Source: Trichodesmium erythraeum IMS101 (GTDB taxonomy: Bacteria > Cyanobacteriota > Cyanobacteriia > Cyanobacteriales > Microcoleaceae). Taken from it: 32,000 bases of DNA. The stretch lies in assembly GCF_000014265.1 (NCBI RefSeq), contig NC_008312.1, positions 4,410,001 to 4,442,000 on the forward strand, written 5' to 3'. This document shows, piece after piece, positions 20,305-31,600 of this stretch. Below the pieces are notes generated by a model. The model did not search any database. It saw nothing but the letters and a program-made list of their open reading frames with translations, and had not been told where the DNA came from. Position 1 is the first letter of the stretch, and every line of letters begins with the position of its first letter. A program made the position numbers and the translations under genes.

Positions 20305-22779
20305 CTATATTGAATTTTCTAAAGATTTTAAGATCGACTTTAAAGTTTCTGAAAAAAATTCAGGAGAACATTCAGTTTGAACTCGCTTTATGGCATTTTT
20401 TCTCAGTTTATTCCATAAGCTTGAATCTTGATAAAGCTTGACACATTGTTGAGTAAAATTTATTGGATCATCGCTAACTAATAATTCTGTTTCATGTTTC
20501 CATCCTAATTGTTGAGCAATTAAGGATGTGGTAACAATAGGTAAACCGTAAGCTGCTGCTTCATGTACTTTATGAGGAATTCCTGCTGCATATCGAGTGG
20601 GAGCTAGAAATAATCTCGCCTGATTATAAAATGGTCTGATATCATCTACTTTTCCTAAAATTTTGATTGATGTATTGTTTAAACTATTTACTTTTTGTTG
20701 AATTTCTTCTACAGTATTATTCCCAATAATTATTAATTCAACATCTTGAGTTAGTTGTTTCTGAATTAGAGGAAATATTTCAGAAGTTAGCCATAAAATA
20801 GAATCAGCATTGGGAGATTCTTTTTCATAAACTGAACCCACAAATAAGAAATTTTGTCTTGACAAAAAAGATTGAGGTGTGGGATAAACAGACAGAGAAT
20901 GACCTAACAAGCTGACATTGGCATAGTTTTGCTCAATAAATTGTTGTTTTTCTGGGGAGGAAACGGTGATAATATGATGGCTATTTTTTGCCAGTTTAAT
21001 TTCTTCTTTAATGGCTGTTTGACGTTCTATTTCAGTAAAATAAGTTTGATTTAAACGTTTATATTCATAGTCTCGAATGCTAAAAATTGCTTCAGCATCA
21101 TAAATAATTTTTGCTGATTTGAGTAAATTTTCTTTAACTAAAATAGAGTTTAAATGTTTGATATTGTGAGGGCGACTAATAAAAACTAAATCATAGTATC
21201 CTTTGCGTTCTCTTAAAAAATCTTCTAACATAATTAACCCATATCCTCGCATAACTTCAACAGTTTGGGGAATATCGGCATAAACAGTTGACCAATCTTC
21301 GAGATGACGCAGATCCCCTGGGTAAAGGGTAACAAAATAGCCTAATTTAACAAGATTACAGAGAATAGAATGACTGCGAGTATAACCTGGACCTAACCAA
21401 GGATGAGGAATTCTATCATCAATAAATAATATGGGTTTTGGTCTTTCTCTAGCTTGAGTTCGAGCAAATATTAAATTCTTGAGTTCGGTAAGATATTGAG
21501 ATGAAAACCAGTCTTTGTGTTTTTGTTGAAATATCTTTTGATTTTTTTCCATCAGAGCGCTCGCCTGCTCGCTTGAACCTGTATGACTGGAACTAGCAAA
21601 CTCATAATGGAGAATATTTACATTGGGGTCGTAAATAATTTTTTTTCCTAATTTTTGCAGTCGCACACAATAGTCGGTTTCCTCAAAATAAGCTGGTTGA
21701 TAATCTTTATCAAACCCTTCTAATTGTAAAAACAAATCTCGTCGAGTTAAGAGAAAAGCTCCCGAACAATAATCAACAGCACGTTGAAATTGATATTCTG
21801 GTGCAGTGGGTAAGTTTCCACGTCCATATCCTAAGCAAGTTCCATCTTGCCAAATAATACTTCCTGCTTCTTGGAGAGTGCCATTGGGAAGGATTAGTTT
21901 TCCACCCACTGCACCAATATCATCTGAAGATTTAATAGTTTCGAGAGCGGAGGGGATACTATTACCTAAAACTTGAGCATCATTATTTAAAAATAGGAGA
22001 TAGTCTCCTTGGGCAATTTTGCTACCTTGGTTACATCCCAGAAGATAATGAAGATTTTGATGATTCAGGGTAATTTTGGCCCCGTTTATCTGTTGTAACA
22101 GTTGACGGGTGGTATCAGTGGAGTTGTTATCGACTAATATCAGTTCAAAAGATTGAAAGGGGTTTCTCAAAAGGGAATATAAGCAGCTTAAAGTTATTTC
22201 TGCTCGGTTATAGAGAATAATAATGATGCTAATTTCTGGATTTTCAACCAGGGGAAAGTTTAGTTGAGAGTTGGTATTGAGGAAGCTATCAAGAGTGATT
22301 TGGTTAAGAGTATCAAGAGTTTGTTTTGCTTGGTCTAGTTGGGGGGTTTGGGGGAGAGAAGGGTCTGGGGATCTAATGGTGGAATTTGGAGCACATTGAA
22401 AACTCTCTGCTAAGGGATGGTGGGGTTGCAGTTGGAGAACTTTTTGATAGGCGAGTTGAGCTTTGTCGAAGAATCCTTTTTTGGTCAACGCTTTTCCTAA
22501 GCCCAGGTAAACCTCGGCGTCATTGGGAGAAATTTCTAATGTTTGATAGTAGGTTTGTAGATCGTCTGGGTTTTGTTGAATTTTCTGTTTGTAATAGTTC
22601 AGCAGATTGGTTTTTTCTGCTTTTGCTTGTTGTTGTAGAGCATCCCCGATTTTTTTGTGTATTCCTGGGAGGTTGGGGTTGAGTTCGAGGGCGCGTTGGT
22701 AGGCAGCGATCGCTTCTGACCAGCTCTGATTCTTGTAGAAATCTTTGGCTTCTTCTAGGTAATTTTCACAAGTTTTCAT
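20305..22779 (-). CDS. Tri-modular TPR / GT2 / GT1(GT4)-like glycosyltransferase
   Basis: 824 aa. The N-terminal ~125 aa are TPR repeats (AIAAYQRALELNPN..., AEVYLGLGKAL). The GT-A/GT2 block has ISIIIILYNRAEITLSCLYSL, ELILVDNNSTD, YLLFLNNDA and YFEETDYCVR. The C-terminal GT-B block has ILFIDDRIPHPWLGPGYTRSH and RLFLAPTRYAAGIPHKVHEAAAYGLPIVTT. Confidence 0.85.
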   Translation of the reverse strand: MKTCENYLEEAKDFYKNQSWSEAIAAYQRALELNPNLPGIHKKIGDALQQQAKAEKTNLLNYYKQKIQQNPDDLQTYYQTLEISPNDAEVYLGLGKALTKKGFFDKAQLAYQKVLQLQPHHPLAESFQCAPNSTIRSPDPSLPQTPQLDQAKQTLDTLNQITLDSFLNTNSQLNFPLVENPEISIIIILYNRAEITLSCLYSLLRNPFQSFELILVDNNSTDTTRQLLQQINGAKITLNHQNLHYLLGCNQGSKIAQGDYLLFLNNDAQVLGNSIPSALETIKSSDDIGAVGGKLILPNGTLQEAGSIIWQDGTCLGYGRGNLPTAPEYQFQRAVDYCSGAFLLTRRDLFLQLEGFDKDYQPAYFEETDYCVRLQKLGKKIIYDPNVNILHYEFASSSHTGSSEQASALMEKNQKIFQQKHKDWFSSQYLTELKNLIFARTQARERPKPILFIDDRIPHPWLGPGYTRSHSILCNLVKLGYFVTLYPGDLRHLEDWSTVYADIPQTVEVMRGYGLIMLEDFLRERKGYYDLVFISRPHNIKHLNSILVKENLLKSAKIIYDAEAIFSIRDYEYKRLNQTYFTEIERQTAIKEEIKLAKNSHHIITVSSPEKQQFIEQNYANVSLLGHSLSVYPTPQSFLSRQNFLFVGSVYEKESPNADSILWLTSEIFPLIQKQLTQDVELIIIGNNTVEEIQQKVNSLNNTSIKILGKVDDIRPFYNQARLFLAPTRYAAGIPHKVHEAAAYGLPIVTTSLIAQQLGWKHETELLVSDDPINFTQQCVKLYQDSSLWNKLRKNAIKRVQTECSPEFFSETLKSILKSLENSI

Positions 22780-22948
22780 ATTCTTAAATTTTAGTCAAAA
22801 AGTTCCACATCCCTTTTATTACAAGGAGGAAATATAAGTGCGAATAAAAAAATAAAACTACTTCATAAACTAGGTTGATAGCTGTAAAAAAAAAGATAAT
22901 GCTTTCAAAACTTATTTTGTATCAAATATTAAGTGAATATCATCCCTA

Positions 22949-23884
22949 TTAGACAACCTCTTTCAAGACTTCTTGCCACTGTGCAATAAATTTATCAATA
23001 TGAAAAACATTTTTTGCCATATTACGAGAATTATGACCAATTCTTCTAGCTTCCTTTGGATTATAATAGAGAAACTTTAAATATTCATAAAGCTCAGACA
23101 TATTATTAGAAGCATAACCATTTTCACCATTAACAATGTACTCACTTTCACCATGAAAATTAGTCGTCACTAGAGCCATACCACATAACATTGCTTCAGT
23201 CCTAGCTCTTGGATTTGGTGATGCGTATGAGGGGCTAAATAGGATTGAGGAGGTAGAGAGAAAAGTCCTATATTTACTAAATGAGCTAAATTTGTAATCT
23301 CTTCCAATCCAGTCAACTTTTATGCCCGTTTTTTCTTCAAATTTAATCACTGCATTGTTGTTACGATATTCATTATGTATTTTCCCTGGAGGTTGATTAA
23401 CAACTATATTTCCACGACCATAATTACTTTGAGGCCATTCTTCAGGACTCATCCCATGACGAATAAATCGGGAATTTTCTATACCCCAAAGGTGATGAGC
23501 CGTGCTGCTATTACACACCATAAAATTATCGCCTATTAACTCTTTAATTTCTTCAGAAGTACAACCATCAACCATGTTACAGCCATGATTAATGATTATT
23601 TTTTTGCCTTTGTACATATTACGATAACGCAAAAATAGTAACCGTTTATCTAATTCATGCCAAGTCCACTGATCTACATGCAAAATCATTAAATCTGTTT
23701 CTACTGATTCTATATTATTGGCAAATTTTACATATGGTGGAATAGGTCTGTAATTTACATTCCAGCGACGATGAGTGTTCGTTAAAAATATCATATTGTG
23801 AGGTAATTTACACAACTCATAATCATGGGCAACATGCCAGGGATATTTAATAATATTCAACCTTGCTTTAAGCGATATTTGCAT
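22949..23884 (-). CDS. Glycosyltransferase, GT1/GT4-like
   Basis: 311 aa. The C-terminal block SPNPRARTEAMLCGMALVTTNFHGESEYIVNGENGY matches the retaining GT4 nucleotide-sugar binding region. The N-terminal half is atypical. Confidence 0.7.
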   Translation of the reverse strand: MQISLKARLNIIKYPWHVAHDYELCKLPHNMIFLTNTHRRWNVNYRPIPPYVKFANNIESVETDLMILHVDQWTWHELDKRLLFLRYRNMYKGKKIIINHGCNMVDGCTSEEIKELIGDNFMVCNSSTAHHLWGIENSRFIRHGMSPEEWPQSNYGRGNIVVNQPPGKIHNEYRNNNAVIKFEEKTGIKVDWIGRDYKFSSFSKYRTFLSTSSILFSPSYASPNPRARTEAMLCGMALVTTNFHGESEYIVNGENGYASNNMSELYEYLKFLYYNPKEARRIGHNSRNMAKNVFHIDKFIAQWQEVLKEVV

Positions 23885-23939
23885 CTTGTTATGATATATT
23901 ATTTGTTTTTTATTATTTGTCTAAAAATCACTCTAAAAA

Positions 23940-24800
23940 CTAAATTTTTCTAGCCAATATTCTAATAGCAGAGGCAACACGATTTTGATTCATTGCCTCA
24001 TCTATTGTGTCAAATATATTTCTATATTTAACTTCGTACTTTGATAGTATGTTTTGTAATAAATAGCTAATAAATATAGCCAAAAGTGGTTCTGCCTTAA
24101 CTTTAGCATATATACCCGAACTTCTAATTATTTTTAATAATTCTGTATCACCTTCATGGTATGAATAATACCCGCTATCTATGATTTCAAATCCAAGATT
24201 GCCTAATCTATCAATCATTCTTTTTCGAGAAAAACCTAAATGGTAGTGCTTATGTTTATCCCACTGCCTTTTTCTTTCGTTTACTAAATAATCCGAAGAT
24301 TCTTGTTCATCCTTTTCTGAATAATGTGGAGTATCTACATAAATATATCCTCCAGGCATAACACAAGAACTTAAGTTGACAAGCGCACTTTGATAATCTT
24401 CTATGTGTTCCAAAGTTTGTATTGAAAAAGTATAATCAAACTTTGATTGCAAATTGCTCCACTCATAATGATCTAAATCTACGTCTACAAACTCAATATT
24501 GTTATTCTCAAGTATATAATTCCAATTATATTTAGGTATATATTTTGAAGATTTATCGAAACAAAACATCTGCATATTAGGAAATGCTTGACTAAGAAAT
24601 ACTTCATGTGAGCAACTTCCAGAGCCAAAACTTCCAGCTTTTCTTGGTTGGATATTATATTTAGTTATATAATCAAGCATTGGCACATAAGATAATAGTA
24701 ACCTGACCAAAGTTTCAGTAAAGAAACAAGACATATGGTTTGATGATTGTTCTATACATTTTTTGAATACTTCTATATTATTTCTCTTAATTTTTTGCAT
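23940..24800 (-). CDS. Class I SAM-dependent methyltransferase
   Basis: 286 aa. Motif-I-like SFGSGSCSHEV, acidic FCFD, a TLEHIEDY block and a VMPGGYIYVDTP post-motif. Confidence 0.7.
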   Translation of the reverse strand: MQKIKRNNIEVFKKCIEQSSNHMSCFFTETLVRLLLSYVPMLDYITKYNIQPRKAGSFGSGSCSHEVFLSQAFPNMQMFCFDKSSKYIPKYNWNYILENNNIEFVDVDLDHYEWSNLQSKFDYTFSIQTLEHIEDYQSALVNLSSCVMPGGYIYVDTPHYSEKDEQESSDYLVNERKRQWDKHKHYHLGFSRKRMIDRLGNLGFEIIDSGYYSYHEGDTELLKIIRSSGIYAKVKAEPLLAIFISYLLQNILSKYEVKYRNIFDTIDEAMNQNRVASAIRILARKI

Positions 24801-24854
24801 AATTTGATATTTTTTTTATTTAATAAATTATTAAAAACTCTTACAAGGTAATGT

Positions 24855-25520
24855 TTAAATCTTCTTCACCACCATACCAAACAATTTGAAATATAACTGG
24901 TAGGTAGAATTGCGAGCTAAATCACTAATTTTCCAAGGCCAAGCACGGTAAACATTAATATACCAAGTGTCTAAAGGAAAAACCTGAGACAGCAGATTAA
25001 ACATCTTTTCTGGAGTCATTGCTGTTTTATGATGATGTGGATTAGTAGATTTTGGTTTGTAGTAAGGAAAATGATCTGGAATATACCTACATTCTTTAAC
25101 TTCTGGCAAGGGTTTTAGGGTTTCATCCCAATGCTCAAAATTGGGAGTTGTGCAAGCAAACATTACATTGGTAGCTGCTTTAATTTTTTCCAGAAAGATT
25201 AATAAATCATTTTCTGGTATATGCTCCAAAACTTCCAATGCCAAAGTTAGATCGGCTATCTTCAGAGGTGATTGTATAATATCTGAGTATGTATTAATAT
25301 TCCTTGCAAGTAACTTACTTGATATATTATTGTCAAGTTCTATGCAAATATAATCTTTAGCATTTTTCGCCTTATTGTATTTTTTAAACCAATCATGTAA
25401 CGGGTTATTGCCAGGTCCAAACTCAATACAAGAAGAAAAGGATAAATTTTTCTCTTTAGCAGTTTGGTCGATTATTTTAATCAGGTTATATTCTGATGTT
25501 TGCATAATATATTGTTTCAT
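24855..25520 (-). CDS. Class I SAM-dependent methyltransferase (Methyltransf_11/23-like)
   Basis: 221 aa. Motif I IEFGPGNNP, ICIELD, and LALEVLEHIPENDLLIFLEKIK followed by FACTTPN. Confidence 0.65.
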   Translation of the reverse strand: MKQYIMQTSEYNLIKIIDQTAKEKNLSFSSCIEFGPGNNPLHDWFKKYNKAKNAKDYICIELDNNISSKLLARNINTYSDIIQSPLKIADLTLALEVLEHIPENDLLIFLEKIKAATNVMFACTTPNFEHWDETLKPLPEVKECRYIPDHFPYYKPKSTNPHHHKTAMTPEKMFNLLSQVFPLDTWYINVYRAWPWKISDLARNSTYQLYFKLFGMVVKKI

Positions 25521-25623
25521 TTGTCTCTCTTATTCTTTTTATTTTTTTTTGTTGTAGATAACCCTGTGATTCCACTATAAAATCTCTAATTTTCCACACC
25601 GTTAGCAGGATTAGACAAAATTT

Positions 25624-28600
25624 TCATCTTGATTTCTTTTTGAGTCTGTTAAGTTCATCATTTAATATATCTATTTTTTCTAGTGCAGATGTGAAAGATA
25701 TGGGTAAAACATCAGGAAAATTGGTAACTATATCCTGAATAATATCATGCTTGATTCGCCTCCACTGATTTGTGATATCAGGCATCTGTGGCGGAATTTT
25801 AGGAGGAAATATTTCCAACCATTTTACATATTGCCTAGATAAATTACTATCTATATCACTGTTTCCTCTCAATACTACAGGAATATTTACATAACAACAG
25901 TTATTTTTCTGTTGATTATTTAATGCCAAAAGTGTAATGTTCCAACCCCAATAGTTAAGTTGTGTTTGAATTAGAGGAATATAAGGTTTTACCCAACTAC
26001 GCTTAATTAGCATAACATCAGGTGTATTCGGATTGATCATGAATTTAATCCCATCAAATATTGAATTTGATTGAATATCTGGCAAGCACCCATAAGATTG
26101 AACCTTTAGTAGTAAAACGGGTTCTGCATCTGATTTACTTAAATGTCGATCTAACTCTTCATAGATACCTTGAGTTAAAATACAATTTCCAGAAACTAAT
26201 AAAATCCAATCTTGGTTTGCTTCTATTATAATTTGTTGAAAATATTTGAAAATTTCTAAGTAATCATTTTCAGGGAATAAATACTGAAATCCGTGCTTTT
26301 CTATTTTTAGTTCTTGCTCATAAGGAGTAGTAGCTACAATATATTGACTACCAAAATCTGACCAGTTGACCTCTGACTCCTCTATGCAAGTAGTAAAAGT
26401 TTTTGTCACAGAGTAGTCATAAATCAAAACTGCAACTTGGGATAAAAAGTTTTTTTGATAAGTTTTAGTAAAATTTCTTTTTACTTGAGTTGGTATCCAG
26501 CGTTTTCGACTACCAAGCACATTATTAAACCAGTTTTTTGTAATCTTTTGAGTTGAATATATCTCTAATGCACGTTGACGTGCAACCAATATTTCTTCTT
26601 GTACCTGGGCAAAATTTGTTTTCAGATAAGTCAGCTTTTCATTCCAATTACCATCGTAGTTCACTAAAAAATGGTTACCCAAATTAAATTCTCTAGCTAC
26701 TCTCCTATGTTCTGGTGTTGCAGTTGCTAATACTGGTACACCTAAAGCAATAGCTTTAATCATGCGATTGGCATTTTTAGCTAGGTTCCATTCTGTAGGT
26801 TCAAGAGGAAATATCAGAAGATCGAACTCCGTCAAAGTCTGATCGACAGTATTGATCTCAAATTCAATATCCCCCCCTTTAGTAATGGTTGTAATTTTTT
26901 CCTCAATGTTTACATTTTTAATCTGTAAAATCCCCTCAGGAGCGCCAAACCAGGCAATATTTTTCAGCTCAGGAGTTGGTTCTCTAACTATATCATCTGT
27001 GTTGATATCGACTGGGTTCTCTAAAACAAATACATTAGGATGATATTTATTGGCAAAATCAGCTAATAATTGACTACCAACTGTAACTACATCAACTGAA
27101 TTCATAAATGCTACTAACTCTTCTTGTGTTCCTTGATTAGGTAAAACATAATTATCATCAAAATCGTAAACAACCACTTTGTTTTCATGTTTGAGTTCTC
27201 TAAGTTGCATTTTTGATCGATCATTAAGTTGATCGAAAAGCCGAAGTTTCTGAAATACATAAACATCACTCTTGTCACTATAACCAATAGTGACTAGATG
27301 ACCTGCTTTGCGAAGGCAATCTACTAGTTTCCAAGTCCTAAGTCTAGCGCTAGCTTTAGAGTAATTACCAAAAGGAAAAAAGGAAAAATTAATTGGTTTA
27401 AAGCCACTACTTGCATCTATAACTATTAATTCAGAAAATGCTAACCACAAATTTCCAGCACTGGTTGTCGGTAGGTTAATATAAAACCCTATATGTACTT
27501 CTTCAGGTAAATTCTTGACTACTTTGTTGAGGTTAATTGATATATTTGTGGTTGACCAGCCGAAATTACTATGGACTTTAGTAGAGAGTTGATAAATTTT
27601 ATTAGTCAATTTATCGTCAGCAAAAATAGCTATGACTATTTCCGATCTATTAGTATTTTGCAAACAAAGTTGTACAGAGCTTGTAATAATGGTATCTTCA
27701 AATATTTTAATACCTCTAACAATTTGACGTAAATAAGATCTGGGATTAGTTTGTTTAACATCTTGAGTTTTAATATAAAAAAAACTATCATTATCAACCA
27801 GTTCTTTGTTTATTTCAGGTATCTCTTTATTACGAACAAATTGAGTTGCAACTTTCCACTCAGGTCTTATTACTAATTCCCAGTCTCTAGGAGCAATATT
27901 ACCCTCACAAATGTTAAGTTCTTCTAAATTAAGGAATTGTGGATTAGATAAAAGATTTTTTTTTGTTGTAGAAAAAACCGTTTTTGTTTGGGTGTTGTTT
28001 TGAGTATCAAACTGTAGTGAATCTTGTTTGTTTTTTTCTACTTCCTGAGTTTGAAATTGAGAGTTTAATTTAGCTGCCTGACGAAATGCATGGAACGCTT
28101 GTTCCAATCCTCCTACCTGCATCGTTTTTTTTAAGTTGTGGCGAGACCAGACGAAAATATCGGGATTTTTATCTATAGCTTTTTGATATGCTAAGATTGC
28201 CTTTTCTGATTGACCTTTTGCAATCCAAGCATGACCTAATCCCAAATATAATTCAGCATCATCTGGCTTAATTTCTAAAGCCTTTTCATAACTTTTCACA
28301 TCTGTCGGATCGTTCCTGATCCCTTGCCGATAATAACTTAATGCTTGCTCTAATTTCCCTTGAACCTGCTGATGCAATGCTTGATTTAATTTTTCCTCTA
28401 CTTCAGGAGAAAAATCAGGCTGAATCTCCATGAATCGACGATAAGCATTCACTGCTTCATCCCATTTTTCTAAAAGGAAACAAAGCTCTGCTAAGTTATA
28501 ATAAGACCAAGCAAAATTTGGTTCTAGATAGATGGCTTTTTGATAATATTTTATTGCTTCATTCAACTTCCCTAACCTGACTAAAACATCCCCTAAATTA

Positions 28601-31600
28601 TTATAAGACCAAGAAAGATCGGGCTTTAATTCTATCGATTCATTATAAGCAGCAATTGCGTCTTCTAACTTTCCTATTTCTTGCAATAAATTACCTAATT
28701 TATGATGTACTTCCCATGATTCCGGTTCCATTTCAACGGCTTTTCTATAAACCTTTATTGCCTTTTCTTTCTCTCCTTTTTCTACCAAAGTATCACCTTG
28801 TAAATGGTAATATTCTGCAAAATTTGCATCTACTTTAATTGTGTTATTAACAGCAATTTTTTCTAAATCTGACTTACTTTGTGTAGCTAATATTTTCCCA
28901 AACTGCCCCGCCTTTGTTAACTTCTTATTAGCTTCTTGCTGCTGTTTAGCATTAGCTATTTTTTCCTGAAGCTGATTTTCCGCATCTGCTAAATACTGTT
29001 TTATATCTTTCCTGTCAGGATCTAATTTAATTGCTTTTTGGTAAGCAGCGATCGCCCCTTCCCAATCTTCCAACTTCACCAACACATCTGCCAACTTATA
29101 ATAATTCCAAGGAAAATCAGGATTCAACTCAATAGCCTGATGATAAACACTCTTGGCTTCTGGCCACTTCTCTAACTTAACTAAAACATCCCCCAAATTA
29201 TTATAAGACCAACAAAAATCAGGATTTAACTCAATAGCCCGACTATAAACACCAGTCGCCTCCGACCACTTCTCTAACCTAACTAAAACATCCCCCAAAT
29301 TATTATAAGACCAACAAAAATCAGGATTCAATTCAATAGATTTCCTATAAGCATTAGCAGCCGTTTCTAACTCCTCTGTTTCCTGGAACAAACTACCTAA
29401 TTTATGATGCACTTCCCATAATTGAGGCCGAATTTCAATGGCCTTTCTGTAAACCTTTATAGCCTCTTCTTTCTCCCCCTTGTTTCTTAAAGCATCACCC
29501 AAATACTGATAAGCATCAACAAAATCTGGGTCTATTGCAATTGCTTTGTAGTAAGCATTTATTGCTTGGGAAAGTTCCCCTACCTTGGCCAAGATGTCAG
29601 CCAATTTAACATAAGACACAGAAGAGTTGGGATTTAATTTTATGGCATGACCATAAGCCGAAATGGCCTCGGAAAATTTTTCTTGTTTAATTAAAATATC
29701 CCCTAAGTTATGATGAGGTTCCCAGAGATTTGGTTGAATTTCAATTAATTTTTCATAGAGAATTACTACTTTTTCTAATTGGTTTTGGTTGACTAAAATA
29801 TTAGCTAAAGAGTAGTAAGCCTCTGTCAAGTATGGCTCAATTTCAATAGCTTTACGGTAATAAGAAATAGCCTCTTCTAATTTTCCTGGTAAAAGAGCTA
29901 ATATATTTCCCATCTCATAATTAGCACCTGAGTCGTTAGGATTTAGTTTCAGTGCTTGAGCATAACAATTAATAGCATTATCTAATTGATTTTTCTGTTG
30001 AAAAGCTTTCCCCATTATCTGATAAGCTTCTGAGTTTTTTTCAACTTTAATTACTGAATAGCAGATAGCGATCGCCTCAGAAAACAATCCTTCTAAATAA
30101 TAAGTCTTAGCTTGTTTTAATAGTTCTTTAACTTCTGCTTTTTGAGAATAATTAATCTGATTTGTCACTATCTGATTCAACTGCAGTAATTCACCACTTT
30201 TCCGTTCAATTTCTGCTGCACTTAGTTGATGACCATTCTGATATTTATCTTCTAATTTTGCTGAGATATTAAAATTCACATCACCCTTTAAACTCTTCTG
30301 ATTTTGATTTTTATTTTCCCAAACTTTATCTTTAATTTCTGCTGAATTTAGTTGCTCACCATTCTCGTATTCAGCTTCTAACTTAGCTGAGATATCAGAA
30401 TTCATATCAACCTTTAAACTCTTCTGATTTTGATTTTTATTTTCCCCAACTTTATCTTTAATTTTTGCTGAATTTAGTTGATAACCATTCTCGTATTCAG
30501 CTTCTAACTTGGCTGAGATATCAGAATTCATATCAACCTTTAAAGTATTCTGATTTTGATTTTTATCTGCCCAAATTTCCTTAGCTTTATGGTAATAAAT
30601 AACTGCTTCATCCCATCTTCCGAGACATTTTAATCCCAAACTAAGATTATAGTAAACTGTACCCAAATTAGGATTTAACTCTATAGAATTTTGATAACAA
30701 GATACTGCCTGAGCAATTTTTCCTTTCTCATACAATTTATTTCCTAAATTAAAATGGTCATTAGCAGTTACTTTTTTAGGTTCTAAAGAGTAAGCTTGGT
30801 ACCAAAAATCTAGAACTCCTAATGTTTCACCTAACTCAGTCAAAACCATCGCTAATTTGTAATAATTCTCAGCCACCTTTAGTTTTATTTCTAACGCTTT
30901 TTCATAACAATAAATCACCAAATTCAAAATTTTATACTCAACATATAAATTGCCTAATACTATATAAATTAAACCATAACTTTGCTGAATTTCCAGAGCT
31001 GTTTTGTAACTGCTCTCAGCTTGTTTTATTTCCCCAATTTTTTTCTGAGAATCTCCGATAATTATGTAAGCTGCTGCTACATCTATTTTAAGAGAAATCG
31101 CTTGCTGACATTGAGAAATTGCTTTTTCATAAAATCCCTCCTCATAATATTTTTGAGCTTCCTGAATATAAACATTAGGAATATTTCTCACACCATTAGA
31201 TGTCATATCTTTTAAAAGAAACGTTGAATTTATTTGTTTTACCTCATTGACTTTGGAAATTTCTTTCAGTTTTAAAGTGGAGTGAATAATCTGATTATTA
31301 TTAGCTTTTTTTGGACTATTCATAACGGTTTTTTCTCCCTCTATATTCCCATAAACATTAGTGACATCTGCTTCGATGATTAGAGGTTTATTGGGAGCTA
31401 AAGTTTTCGTAATTTCCTTATAGTTTGTAACCCTTTTATCCTGACTATTTTCTAACACAGATAAAGATGATTCTAGATAATTAACAGAGTCCGATAAATC
31501 ACTTTTTAAATCAAAAGTTGATATCACTCTACTAACTCCTTTACTAACAACTCTTTGAAAATTTTCAGGTTTCTGAATAATATGAATTGTATCATCAGCC

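Noticed and set aside
30187-30564. The 126-bp repeats as a mobile element or non-coding satellite
   Set aside because: The period is a multiple of three and the repeats keep the long ORF open, so they are coding repeats within the giant gene.
22386-31215. Plus-strand ORFs of 60-98 aa (22386-22682, 25141-25353, 25375-25557, 26852-27043, 28656-28838, 30822-31061, 30982-31215)
   Set aside because: All are antisense to long, motif-bearing minus-strand genes of the glycosylation operon and have low-complexity hydrophobic translations.
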